Assembly: GCA_963677895.2 (NCBI GenBank)
Contig: CAXXGJ010000017.1
Coordinates: forward strand, 143,908-207,907
Length of the DNA: 64,000 nucleotides
Direction of reading: 5' to 3'
DNA from: Treponemataceae bacterium
Lineage (GTDB): Bacteria > Spirochaetota > Spirochaetia > Treponematales > Rectinemataceae
Each line of letters opens with the position of its first letter. The first letter of the stretch is position 1. Below, one piece after another: positions 20,354-29,936 of this stretch. Position numbers and translations under genes: made by a program. The notes under the pieces were generated by a model. That model worked only from the letters and a program-made list of their open reading frames with translations, was not told where the DNA came from and ran no database searches.

Positions 20354-21549
20354 TGATATTCCAGAACCCATTTGGGCGCATGGAACTGCCTGAAATCATC
20401 GTAATTCGCTATCAGGACATCCACGATCGACTGATCGACGGGCATCGTCCGTAGCGTCTCGAAGGCTTCCTTGGGCGCCACCGGGTCCCTGTACGGCCTT
20501 TCGCCCACCAGCGCCTCGAAGACGTCCACCACGGCGATGATGCGCGATTCCTCAGGGATTTCCTTGGCCATTAGCCCTTCGGGATAACCGGAGCCGTCCA
20601 TGCGTTCATGATGGTAGAGAACGATGGTACTGAGATGCGCGAGTTCCCTGAAGTTCTTCAGTATCCTGGCCGAGATGATCGGATGGGCCGCCACCGCCTG
20701 CTGCTCCGGCTTCGTGAGAGGTCCGGCCTTCAGAAGCAGGCTGGAAGGAATGCTTATCTTGCCGATATCGTGAAGCAGGGCCGCCGTGTAGAGATTGCGG
20801 AGCCGCCTTCCCTTGTAGCCCATTTTCATCCCCAGATACATGGTGAGGACGGCCACGCGCCGCGAATGGTTGGCTGAAAACTGTTCGGTCTGTTCAAAGA
20901 GAAAAATTATGGACTCAAGTCCCTTCGTTTCGTAGAAGATCAGGTTCTTGCGCCAGAGCCAGACGGAAACCGAATAGCCGACGGCCATGGTCAAGATGAT
21001 GACAAGAAGATAATCCCGCCAGTCGAGAAGGGGTTTCTCGAAGTCCGCCTTGAGCGAATACATGAGATCATGCCCCTTGGCCGGGGCGATCACCAGTTTG
21101 TTTTCGGATTGGAGAGCATCGAGGAGACCCTGCGCGTTCATCGTGACGACACCCTTCCAACCGGGGAGAGGGTTGAAGCCGAAATCGTCTTTCAGCGCGA
21201 ATGAAAGGTTCAGACTCGTATCGGTGCTGCTTATGTCGAAATCGTCCACGGGAGGGCTGCCCCGCTGGAGCCTTATCTCATTGACGAAGGGATAGATTTC
21301 GAGCGCGTCGTCCAGGAGAGCCTGCGCGTCGGGGATCCTATTCCTCTCCACCAGGTTGCGGACTTCGCTCCACGAGAAATACCCGTCGTTGAGGGCTGAA
21401 GCCTGAATCTGGACCATCGCCTTGAGGCCGATCTGGGTGGTCCTGAACTGCGTATCCCTCTGCGAAACCTTGATCGCGGTTATCATGGCTATGGACATGA
21501 TAAAAAGAAGAAGGATAAAGGCAACTGTTTTAAATGCATAACGTTTCAT
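20332..21549 (-). CDS. membrane-anchored HD-GYP phosphodiesterase
   Basis: Two TM segments; HSRRVA, LLHDIGK, HHERMDGSGYPEGL, RIIAVVDVFEAL, RPYR. Confidence 0.9.
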   Translation of the reverse strand: MKRYAFKTVAFILLLFIMSIAMITAIKVSQRDTQFRTTQIGLKAMVQIQASALNDGYFSWSEVRNLVERNRIPDAQALLDDALEIYPFVNEIRLQRGSPPVDDFDISSTDTSLNLSFALKDDFGFNPLPGWKGVVTMNAQGLLDALQSENKLVIAPAKGHDLMYSLKADFEKPLLDWRDYLLVIILTMAVGYSVSVWLWRKNLIFYETKGLESIIFLFEQTEQFSANHSRRVAVLTMYLGMKMGYKGRRLRNLYTAALLHDIGKISIPSSLLLKAGPLTKPEQQAVAAHPIISARILKNFRELAHLSTIVLYHHERMDGSGYPEGLMAKEIPEESRIIAVVDVFEALVGERPYRDPVAPKEAFETLRTMPVDQSIVDVLIANYDDFRQFHAPKWVLEYHHSLEKI

Positions 21550-21595
21550 AATAGAAAGAATAATATCGGAAAACCAGGAAGAGTTCAAGAATGGA

Positions 21596-21814
21596 TCACG
21601 TGGTCCGTTTACGGTAGTCGGCCACCAGGGAAAGAGCGTCCTCTTCCTGTTCATCCGGTACGACAACGCTGACTCCCTTTATGGTCGTGGAAAAGAGCGG
21701 GTTCATGTTGAGCATATTGTCCGACATTATCAAGGCGTCTATTCCGCCCGATTTCAGAATGCTGAGCACGACAAGAGCATCGTCCTGAAAGGTCGATGTG
21801 AAAATAGTCTTCAT
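21596..21814 (-). CDS. DUF2007-like putative signal-transducing protein
   Basis: 72 aa; S.LKSGGI.A...V.VVVP.EQ.EDA pattern. Confidence 0.7.
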   Translation of the reverse strand: MKTIFTSTFQDDALVVLSILKSGGIDALIMSDNMLNMNPLFSTTIKGVSVVVPDEQEEDALSLVADYRKRTT

Positions 21815-23205
21815 ATGCCCCTCCTCGCTTTTTCGATGGCCTCAAGGCTCTTGTCCAGGTCCGGTCCCAGCCGTCGGGAGGCTCGTTCCATGACAAGCCA
21901 GTCCTCTTCGATACGCATTCCGCCGCCGCCGCGCCATTTGCGCAGTTCGGCATAATTGATGAATGTTTCATGGAGACCTTCGGCCTCCCATTTGTCGATA
22001 AGGCCGGGAATGAAGTAGATGCCCGGCTCCACCGAATGGACCATGCCGGGCTTGAGCTTTTTCGCCAGCCTCAAGGAACTCAGACCGAACTGTTCGCTTC
22101 GCCTCGTGTCGGAATAGCCGACATTGTCCTCGCCCAGTCCCTCCATGTCGTGCACGTCGAGGCCGATCATGTGGCCGAGGCCGTGGGGGAAGAAAAGAGC
22201 GTGGGCGCCCGCGGCGACGGCTTCCTCCGGGTCGCCTCTCATTATCCCGAGCTGGACGAAGCCCCGCGCCAAGGCCAGGCTGGCGGCCCTGTGAGCGTCC
22301 GCGAAGGGCAATCCCGGCTTCAGGATTCGCGTAGCGTCCGCGAACATGGATAACAGCACCCGATAGACAGCCGCTTTTTGGAAAGGGAAGGTACCGCCGA
22401 CGGGAAAGCTCGTCGTGAGGTCGCCCGCGTAGCCCGAGGGCAGCTCGACTCCAGCATCGAGGAGGAACATATCGCCTTCGCGGCAGATGGAATTTCTTTC
22501 GTGGTTATGGAGGACTTCTCCATGCACCGTTCCGATCGTGCCGAAGCTGAGCGCGCAGCCGCGCCGCGCGGCCGCGTATTGGAACAGCGCGGCGGCTTCC
22601 GTCTCGGTCCAGCCGGGACGCAGTTGCGTCAAAAGCATCGTATGGATCTCGGCGCTGACGGCGGTGGCTTTCTCCAGCTCCGCCACTTCCCTCTCTTCCT
22701 TTATTTCCCTCAGAGATAAGATCGCCTGGATGAGCTCGGGGCTGGCGCTGTCGCGGATGATGTCAGCGGGGATTTCGAGGATTCCCGCCACGCGGCGAAT
22801 GGTCTCTTCCCTGGAGAAGGGAGGATAATGGATGGAAGGCGCCGACAGACCGGACAGATACCGCCCCGCAAGCGAAAGCGGCATGACGCAGTCGATTCCG
22901 GAAAGGGCCGCCAGTTCGGCGACCCCGCGCTTCGGTCCCGTCCATATCATATCGTCCATGGATACATCGTCTCCGAAGAGAATCGCGCTTCCGTCGGCGA
23001 TATCGATGAGGGCCGTCATCGCGGGTTCGTTAAGGCCGATAAAATAGAGCCAGTTCGAATCCTGCCTGAAAGGATAGCAGTTGTCGGGGTAATTTATGGG
23101 GCTTTCGGAATGGGAAGCGAGGAGGACAGATCCGCCGGCGCCGCGGTCGCGCAGCGAGGCCGCGAGTTTTCTTCGTCTAGAATCATATACGGAGCTTTCA
23201 AACAT
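21811..23205 (-). CDS. pepP: Xaa-Pro aminopeptidase (M24)
   Basis: YPFRQDS, LDAG, YAGDLT, HGLGHMIGLDVHD, VEPGIYF, RIEED. Confidence 0.9.
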   Translation of the reverse strand: MFESSVYDSRRRKLAASLRDRGAGGSVLLASHSESPINYPDNCYPFRQDSNWLYFIGLNEPAMTALIDIADGSAILFGDDVSMDDMIWTGPKRGVAELAALSGIDCVMPLSLAGRYLSGLSAPSIHYPPFSREETIRRVAGILEIPADIIRDSASPELIQAILSLREIKEEREVAELEKATAVSAEIHTMLLTQLRPGWTETEAAALFQYAAARRGCALSFGTIGTVHGEVLHNHERNSICREGDMFLLDAGVELPSGYAGDLTTSFPVGGTFPFQKAAVYRVLLSMFADATRILKPGLPFADAHRAASLALARGFVQLGIMRGDPEEAVAAGAHALFFPHGLGHMIGLDVHDMEGLGEDNVGYSDTRRSEQFGLSSLRLAKKLKPGMVHSVEPGIYFIPGLIDKWEAEGLHETFINYAELRKWRGGGGMRIEEDWLVMERASRRLGPDLDKSLEAIEKARRGI

Positions 23206-23337
23206 GAGGCCATACTAAGCTCCGCCGATGCTTTGGTCAACAAAGGACTCTCACGCCGCCCGGTCCTTTCCTATGGAAGGGGAAATTCTCTGTATCCGTA
23301 AATGGCGAAACATCCAGCTTCGGATATGGTAATTATA

Positions 23338-23688
23338 ATGAACTATGTCCAGGAATGCCTCGCCATGAATCTCAGGACAAGACGGGCTGTCATGAATCTG
23401 TCCCAGGAGGCGCTCGCCGAACAGGCAGGCCTTTCCCCTGGATTCATCGCCAACCTCGAGACGGGACGCAGCTGGCCCTCGGCCACGTCCCTGCTCAAAC
23501 TCAGCATGGCATTGAAGATGGAGCCCTCCAAGCTCCTCGTCGACCCCCAAAAAGACGAGATAGGCTATACGAAGGAAGAACTCCTCATGATGTTCGAGCG
23601 GGTCAAAAACAACTTCCTGAAAGAACTGCCCTCCGGCTATTCCGCCCCGCGGCAGTTATTGGGCGAGAATAGCGCCAAGCATCGCTAA
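23338..23688 (+). CDS. XRE family HTH regulator
   Basis: NLRTRR..MNLSQEALAEQAGLSPGFIANLETGR.WPS. Confidence 0.85.
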   Translation: MNYVQECLAMNLRTRRAVMNLSQEALAEQAGLSPGFIANLETGRSWPSATSLLKLSMALKMEPSKLLVDPQKDEIGYTKEELLMMFERVKNNFLKELPSGYSAPRQLLGENSAKHR

Positions 23689-25037
23689 AGCCCCAACTTT
23701 TCCATCGCTTTCCGATTCCCCTCGGCTTTTTCAGCGTTCAACGTATTCATCCTAAGAAAAACCCATACGCCGATGACAAGAAGGACGGCCGGGATCAAGG
23801 CTGTATGAAGCCGAATGCCCAACTGAGCCTTGGGAGCGCGGGGACTCTGGGCGAAACCCGTCAGACTGTGGGCTATCCAGAATGACACAGCCTGTACCGC
23901 GTAGGCGAGCCTTCCGGCGAACGCCCTGAAGCCGATATAGACACCGTCGTCCCGCTTTTTCGTCGTCACGACGATCTCGTCGATCACATCGGCCATGGCA
24001 GGCGTCATCAGCATCCAGAAGCCGCCGAAGGAAATACCCCAGGCGAACATCGCGGCCACGAATCCGTTGTGGCTGGTCACGAACATGAGAGGGACGCAGA
24101 AAACGGCGAGCCCAAGAGCCGAGAGAGCGAGCAGTGTCTGATTGGATTTTATGCGCTTCTTGATCCCCAGCCACAGGGGAATGCCCGCCAGGGCGCCGGC
24201 GAGCATGCCGGCGAAAATGAGGGTCGTGCTCCTGCCGCCCAGAAGATAGTCACCCACGTAGTGGATTGAGGCTGTCATGGAAATCGTGGCCGACTGGTAG
24301 AAAAAATACAGCAGTATGAAAGCGAGGAAATTGCGGCATGAAAACGCCGCCTTCAGCTGGGTTTTCAGCGAGGCTTTTTCCTTTCGGGCGGCTTCCTGGG
24401 CAAGATAGCGGGCTATCATGTCGGGCGTTTCGCGCACGCCGGGCAGGAGAAGGAGGGCCGCCGCGACGCTCACGGCGGCGAAGATGAAGGCATTCCCGAG
24501 GTAGGTCGCGGGTTGGCCATAGCGTACGAAGAAGGTGGGCAGGACCGCGCCTCCGGCCACGCCCACTACGCCGATGAGGGTGGCTATCCCGGCGGCTTTC
24601 GCCCTCGGGGCTTCCTCCCTGAACTTGTCGGGGAAGAGGGATTGATAGTTGACTTCCCAGGTGGAGTAGAGGGCGTCATAGAGACAGATGGAAAGGAGGA
24701 GCCAGAGGAAGGTTATGCCGACGGGAGCGGCGGGCGGGGCGAAGATAAGGACGAAGGCCAGCGCGCAGGACAAGGATCCGGCGACGATCCAGGGAAAACG
24801 GCGGCCATGACGGCCGGTGAATCGCGTGGGCCGGGAAGTAAGGAAGCCGATCAAGGGATCGTTCAGGGCATTCCAGGCTGAATAGAGAACGATCGCCAAG
24901 GCCACGAGGCCGGCGGGAAGCCCGATTTCCGTCTCATAGTATTTGAAAACAAGGGAAGCGAAGGCGCCCGTCAGGAATTCAGCGAGAAATTTCCCTGTTC
25001 CGTAGGATGCCATAAGGGGGATCGTGTTTTTGGCCAT
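23685..25037 (-). CDS. MFS transporter, GPH/MelB-like
   Basis: WNALNDPLIG, GRRFPW, MADVIDE, about 12 TM segments. Confidence 0.88.
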   Translation of the reverse strand: MAKNTIPLMASYGTGKFLAEFLTGAFASLVFKYYETEIGLPAGLVALAIVLYSAWNALNDPLIGFLTSRPTRFTGRHGRRFPWIVAGSLSCALAFVLIFAPPAAPVGITFLWLLLSICLYDALYSTWEVNYQSLFPDKFREEAPRAKAAGIATLIGVVGVAGGAVLPTFFVRYGQPATYLGNAFIFAAVSVAAALLLLPGVRETPDMIARYLAQEAARKEKASLKTQLKAAFSCRNFLAFILLYFFYQSATISMTASIHYVGDYLLGGRSTTLIFAGMLAGALAGIPLWLGIKKRIKSNQTLLALSALGLAVFCVPLMFVTSHNGFVAAMFAWGISFGGFWMLMTPAMADVIDEIVVTTKKRDDGVYIGFRAFAGRLAYAVQAVSFWIAHSLTGFAQSPRAPKAQLGIRLHTALIPAVLLVIGVWVFLRMNTLNAEKAEGNRKAMEKLGL

Positions 25038-25143
25038 GGGCGAATACTACCTTCAGCCTCTGGGGAAATCAACAAGAACCTTGAGGAAGGGGCCGGATAT
25101 GATCAAGGTTGACAGTCGGAAGGATAGTTTCTAGTATTGGACG

Positions 25144-26664
25144 ATGATACAGAGGCCCTTCTCGATTCGCGTCCTCGCCGTTCTTTTTTCGGCGGTCTGG
25201 ATGGCGCTGCCGCCCATGGCGAACCATCTTTTTGCCCAAACCCCCAAGCCCGCAACCCTTTCAGCCTATACCCTGCCCGCGTCCATTTCGACCTACACCC
25301 TGGACAATGGCATGGACGTCATCCTCCTGCCCCTTCCCGAAAGCGCCGCGGTTTCATTGGGCATCGTGTTCAGGGGCGGAGCCGAAGCCCAGACGAAAAA
25401 AAACGCGGGCTTGTTTCACCTGCTTGAAAAAGTGCTGTTCAGAGGTTCGGCGATCGCTCCGGGCGAACCCGAACCGGCGGGAGCGATGGATTCCCTCGGC
25501 GCCATGGCAATCGAGGGAGGCGCCCAGGCCGATCGCTTCGGCCTCACTTTTCTTCTTCCCCCCGAGATGCTCGGCCAGGGCCTGGACACGATCGCCTACC
25601 TCTTTTCGGGCTTGCGGCTGGAGACGGTTTTTTCCGACGCGCTTACGCTCGAGAAAGCGAGGAGTTCCAGCCTGGCCGATATGGAACAGGCTTTTTCGGA
25701 CCCGAAAGCCATCTTTGAGGCGGCCATGGCTAAAAAACTCTTCTCGGCCGCGCCTTGGCGCTTCGATATTCTGGGGACGGACGCCATCGTCAACGCGGCG
25801 ACCGAGGATGAACTCAAGGGAATCGCGGCCGCCTGGCTCGTGCCCAACAACGCGGCTCTCGTCATAGCCGGCAACTTCGCGGCGGAAACGCTGCGGCCCA
25901 TGATAGAAAAAGCCTTTTCCTCCTGGAAAAAGACATCCGATCCCTGGAAGACGGCGCTTACCGCCCTGCCGAAACCCGGGGTCACTCGCCCCACCCTCAT
26001 GGTCTATGCCGATCCTTCCGTTCCCGCCGGGGAAGCGCTCATCGAAATGCGCTACCGCGCTCCGGACGCGGGATCCAGCCGTTCCGCGGCCGCCGAATTC
26101 TGGGCGGAAATGGCTTCCCAGCCGGGATCGAGGCTCGTCCAGGCCATCGCCAAAGGCATGCCCAAGTGGTCCTCTCCCTCAGCCATCGGCGCCAAGTATC
26201 AGCTTTCGAGAAACGCCTCGTGGTTCTCCGTATCGACGAGAATGCTTCTCGACGCGAAGGGAAACGCGGCTGAAAGCGTCTTCACTTTCAAGGAGATCGT
26301 GCGCGGTTCTGAAATGTATGCCATGAAAACCAACACCGGCTATTTCACCTCGAAGGAATACGAACGGGCAAGGGAAGCGCTCGCGGAAAAACGGAACGAT
26401 ATGTTCACCGATCCACAGGAAGCCGGTTCAGCCATCGCCGATGGATGGATTCTGGGAGGAAACGCCTGGATGCAGACCTGGTCGGATCGTATAGGCTCTA
26501 TAACAAGCAAGGATATCACGGCCTTCGCCGACGAATACTTCATGAAAAACCTGGAAGTGGTGGCGATCCATCTCGAGCCCAAGGACTACGCGGCCAGGAA
26601 AAAAAGTTTCGACGCTTTCGGGTTCGAGATCATTACGGCGCAAAAAGCCTTCTGGTGGAAATAG
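25144..26664 (+). CDS. exported M16 (insulinase) family protein, probably catalytically inactive
   Basis: Signal peptide; TLDNGM.V, GLFHLLEKVLFRGS (HxxEH changed to HxxEK), PNNA.LVIAG. Confidence 0.8.
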   Translation: MIQRPFSIRVLAVLFSAVWMALPPMANHLFAQTPKPATLSAYTLPASISTYTLDNGMDVILLPLPESAAVSLGIVFRGGAEAQTKKNAGLFHLLEKVLFRGSAIAPGEPEPAGAMDSLGAMAIEGGAQADRFGLTFLLPPEMLGQGLDTIAYLFSGLRLETVFSDALTLEKARSSSLADMEQAFSDPKAIFEAAMAKKLFSAAPWRFDILGTDAIVNAATEDELKGIAAAWLVPNNAALVIAGNFAAETLRPMIEKAFSSWKKTSDPWKTALTALPKPGVTRPTLMVYADPSVPAGEALIEMRYRAPDAGSSRSAAAEFWAEMASQPGSRLVQAIAKGMPKWSSPSAIGAKYQLSRNASWFSVSTRMLLDAKGNAAESVFTFKEIVRGSEMYAMKTNTGYFTSKEYERAREALAEKRNDMFTDPQEAGSAIADGWILGGNAWMQTWSDRIGSITSKDITAFADEYFMKNLEVVAIHLEPKDYAARKKSFDAFGFEIITAQKAFWWK

Positions 26665-26706
26665 ACTCTACGGACGGGGCAAAAGCGCGGGCTGGAAAAG
26701 GCGCCC

Positions 26707-29025
26707 TCATTCTTCTTCGATGGAGATAATGCTCGGCAGCCCTTTGAGCGCCTTGGAGACTTTCTTCAGATTCTCCCTCGTGTCGGTTTCCATGGTGAAA
26801 AAACCCGAAAAGGTTCCATCGCCGCGTTCACCCAGCTTGCCCTCGCGCAGGCGGCCCGCGAATTTCCTCACCGCGTTCTCGATTTCCGAAAAAATGCCCG
26901 GCTCCATCTTCGTCGAGACCCTGAATCTCGCTATGCAGTACGAGGCGTCTTCCCAGCGCACTTCGATTTTCCGCTGCGCGAAGTCCGCCACGGCGTTTAT
27001 CGACTTGCAGTCCGCCCGGTGGATGATGATGCCCCTGCCCCTCGAGACGTAGCCCACGATGGCGTCCCCCGTAACCGGCATGCAGCAGCCGGCGATGCGT
27101 ATCATCATATTCCTCGCGCCGTTTATCGACAGGCCTACGTGGTCGCTCCTGAGTTCCTGTTGGGGCTTGTAGGTGCGGAACTCCACTTCGGTCCGGCCAT
27201 GTTCGGCGCCAGCGATGGCGGCCGAGGCGAAGGTTTTCTCGGCGAGCAGCTTCGCCTCTTCTTGCTGCGCGGCTTCCCTCGATTTTTCGTCGGAGGGCTT
27301 CTTGCCGACGACGATGCTCTTGTCGATGGCCAGGGCTTGGCCGCTCTGGACCAGGATAGCCCTGATCTTCGATCGAGCCTTGGACGTGTGGGCGAGCTTG
27401 AGCCAATTCAGATTGGGCTTGGCGAGCGGCGAGGTGATGATTTCGACGATTTGCGTATTCTTGAGTTCGGCGTCGAGGGGAATGATGGCGCCGTCAGCTC
27501 TTGCGCCCAGGCAGTGAGACCCTACGTCCGTATGGATGGCGAAGGCGAAATCTATGGCTGTCGCTCCCGAGGGCAGCTCTATGACCTCGCCCCGGGGGGT
27601 GAAGACGAAAATTGAATCCTTCAGGAGTTCCCGTTTTATCTCATCGAGGTATTCGGCTCCCTGGGAGACGAATTCGTTCCACTGCTTCAGCCTGTTGATG
27701 ATGGGAAGGTCCTCGAGCCGGGGACGTTCGGTGGTGGATCCCTTTTTATAAAGCCAATGGGAGGCGACGCCGAACTCCGCGATGGCGTGCATGTAGCGCG
27801 TGCGGATCTGGACCTCGAGGAGCTGGCCGTCGTAGCACATCACCGTCGTGTGCAGGCTTCTGTAGCCGTTGGCCTTCGGCATGGCGATATAGTCCTTGAA
27901 TCGGCCGTCTATGGGCTTCCAGAGCCTGTGGACGAGACCGAGCAGGGCATAGCAGTCGTTGTCGCTTTCACAGATGAGCCTCAAACCCAGCAGATCGTAG
28001 AGCTCTTCGGCCGGCTTGCCCTTTCTGCGCATCTTCTGGTAGATCGAATAGAAATGCTTGGCGCGGGAGCCTACCTCGACGCTGATGCCTTCCTTCAGGG
28101 AAGCCCTGCGGATTTCCTCGCTCACCCTGGCGAGGAATTTTTCTCTCGTTCCTTTCTTGGCGGACACGATTTCCTTTATCTGGTCGAAGACTTCCCTGTT
28201 GAGCACCTTGAGGGAGAGATCCTCCAGTTCGTCCTTGAGCCAGGAAATGCCGAGCCTGTCGGCGAGAGGGGCGAAAATATCGAGGGTTTCGGCCGCGATG
28301 GTCTTCTGTCTGTCTTCTGGCAGCGATTTCAGGGTGCGCATGCTGTCCAGTTTGTCGGCGAGCTTGACGATGATGACGCGGATGTCGCCCGTCATGGCGA
28401 AGAGCATTTTCCGCATCGTCTCGGCCGCCTGCACGGTCTTGTTCTTGGCGCGGACGGTGGAAAGCCTCGCCACTCCCGCGACGATTTTGGCCGTGTCTTC
28501 CCCGAACTCCGCCGTTATAACGGGGTCGGGGACGGCTCCCAGAGCCTTTCTGTGCGCTTCCTTCTGGCGATCCTCGAGTTTCTGCTCCTGGTGTCCGGGT
28601 TTTCCTTTACGCACCGGCGAGGCTTCCGAACCGGCCGCTTTGCCTGCTTCAGGCCCGGTTCCCGGTTCCGTCGCACGGTCGACGCTCTTGCCGGCGGCAT
28701 GGTCAGGGCTCTTGCCGGCGGCATGGCCCGATGATGATGATGAGGATGAGGCGGCTGATCCGTCATTTTTCGGAAAATAACCGGAGGTTCGATGTTCGGT
28801 GATGTCGTGGACGAGGCCGGCGATCACCGAATCCAAATCCATGCCCATGTCGAGAAGGGTGGAAGCGACGCGGAAGTCATGTTCCCACGCTGGCTCGCCG
28901 GAAGCGCGCAGCGACGCTCCATGCTTTTCCTTGGCCCAGCCGATGGCCTTGGAGACGAGGGCGGCCCCTTCATCGCCAAAGCTGCCGCGGACTTTCTCCT
29001 GAAACTGAACGATCTTCTCATCCAT
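26707..29025 (-). CDS. rel: long RelA/SpoT homologue ((p)ppGpp synthetase/hydrolase)
   Basis: KLAD, APLADRLGI, RAKHFYSIYQK, RFKDYIAMPKANGYRSLHT, EVQIRT, TGS (VFTPRG..DFAFAIHT), CC.PV.GD, ACT. Confidence 0.95.
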   Translation of the reverse strand: MDEKIVQFQEKVRGSFGDEGAALVSKAIGWAKEKHGASLRASGEPAWEHDFRVASTLLDMGMDLDSVIAGLVHDITEHRTSGYFPKNDGSAASSSSSSSGHAAGKSPDHAAGKSVDRATEPGTGPEAGKAAGSEASPVRKGKPGHQEQKLEDRQKEAHRKALGAVPDPVITAEFGEDTAKIVAGVARLSTVRAKNKTVQAAETMRKMLFAMTGDIRVIIVKLADKLDSMRTLKSLPEDRQKTIAAETLDIFAPLADRLGISWLKDELEDLSLKVLNREVFDQIKEIVSAKKGTREKFLARVSEEIRRASLKEGISVEVGSRAKHFYSIYQKMRRKGKPAEELYDLLGLRLICESDNDCYALLGLVHRLWKPIDGRFKDYIAMPKANGYRSLHTTVMCYDGQLLEVQIRTRYMHAIAEFGVASHWLYKKGSTTERPRLEDLPIINRLKQWNEFVSQGAEYLDEIKRELLKDSIFVFTPRGEVIELPSGATAIDFAFAIHTDVGSHCLGARADGAIIPLDAELKNTQIVEIITSPLAKPNLNWLKLAHTSKARSKIRAILVQSGQALAIDKSIVVGKKPSDEKSREAAQQEEAKLLAEKTFASAAIAGAEHGRTEVEFRTYKPQQELRSDHVGLSINGARNMMIRIAGCCMPVTGDAIVGYVSRGRGIIIHRADCKSINAVADFAQRKIEVRWEDASYCIARFRVSTKMEPGIFSEIENAVRKFAGRLREGKLGERGDGTFSGFFTMETDTRENLKKVSKALKGLPSIISIEEE

Positions 29026-29039
29026 CGTCGACGCTCCAC

Positions 29040-29900
29040 TCAGGGTTTTCTGGCTCCCGTGATCCTGTCCAGGCCCGCGAGATCCCTCCATACTCTTATA
29101 TCGACAAAACCTTCGCTCCTGAACATAACACGGAGGGATTCGGATTGCAAAGCGTCGGTTTCTATTAAAAGAAACCCGCCGGGGGCAAGGAATGCGCCAG
29201 CCTGGCGAACGAGGCGGGAGACGATATCGAGGCCGTCGGGGCCGCCGTCCAGCGCCAGCGCGGGCTCCTTCCACCCCTGAGAGAGCAGGGCGGCCGTCTC
29301 CCCGGTCGGCACGTAAGGAGGATTGGCCGTTATGATGTCGAAAGGACCTTCGAGGCCCGCAAGGAGATCGGCGAGAAGAAGAGGTAGTTTTTTTTCAAGA
29401 AGCCGGGACGCGTTCGCGCGGGCGACGTCGAGGGCATCGGCCGAGATATCCGACGCGCTCACCGACCAGGCCGGCTTTTCGGCGGCGATGCTGATGGCTA
29501 CGGCCCCCGATCCAGTGCAGAGATCGTGGAGGCGAAGCGCATGGCCGTCCGGCTCCATGGCGTCGCCCACTTCGAGGGCCGCGGACACGAGGGTCTCGGT
29601 ATCGGGTCTCGGCGCCAGAACCCTCCGGTCGACGAGAAAATCCCGGCCGAAAAATTCTTTCATGCCGACGATATAGGCGACGCTTTCGCCGGCGAGACGG
29701 CGAGCCCAGCCCTCCTCGAATGAGGGAGGGATGTCGCCAGGGGCGATCGTTTCAGGATACTTCATCAGAAGCTGGGTTCTTGGAATGCCCAGACAGCGGG
29801 CGAGAATCAGGGAGACATCGAGAAAAGCCGTATCGTCGGAGCCGTTTTGCCGCCGACGCAGTTCGGCCGCCTTCGCGGCGAGAAATTCCCTATAGGTCAT
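29040..29900 (-). CDS. prmC: release factor glutamine methyltransferase
   Basis: PRPDTE, DLCTGSGAVA, ANPPY, ALDGG.DG; follows prfA. Confidence 0.93.
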   Translation of the reverse strand: MTYREFLAAKAAELRRRQNGSDDTAFLDVSLILARCLGIPRTQLLMKYPETIAPGDIPPSFEEGWARRLAGESVAYIVGMKEFFGRDFLVDRRVLAPRPDTETLVSAALEVGDAMEPDGHALRLHDLCTGSGAVAISIAAEKPAWSVSASDISADALDVARANASRLLEKKLPLLLADLLAGLEGPFDIITANPPYVPTGETAALLSQGWKEPALALDGGPDGLDIVSRLVRQAGAFLAPGGFLLIETDALQSESLRVMFRSEGFVDIRVWRDLAGLDRITGARKP

Positions 29901-29936
29901 CGCAGAAGGCGGTCGACCGCCCACGTTTTTTTGGCA

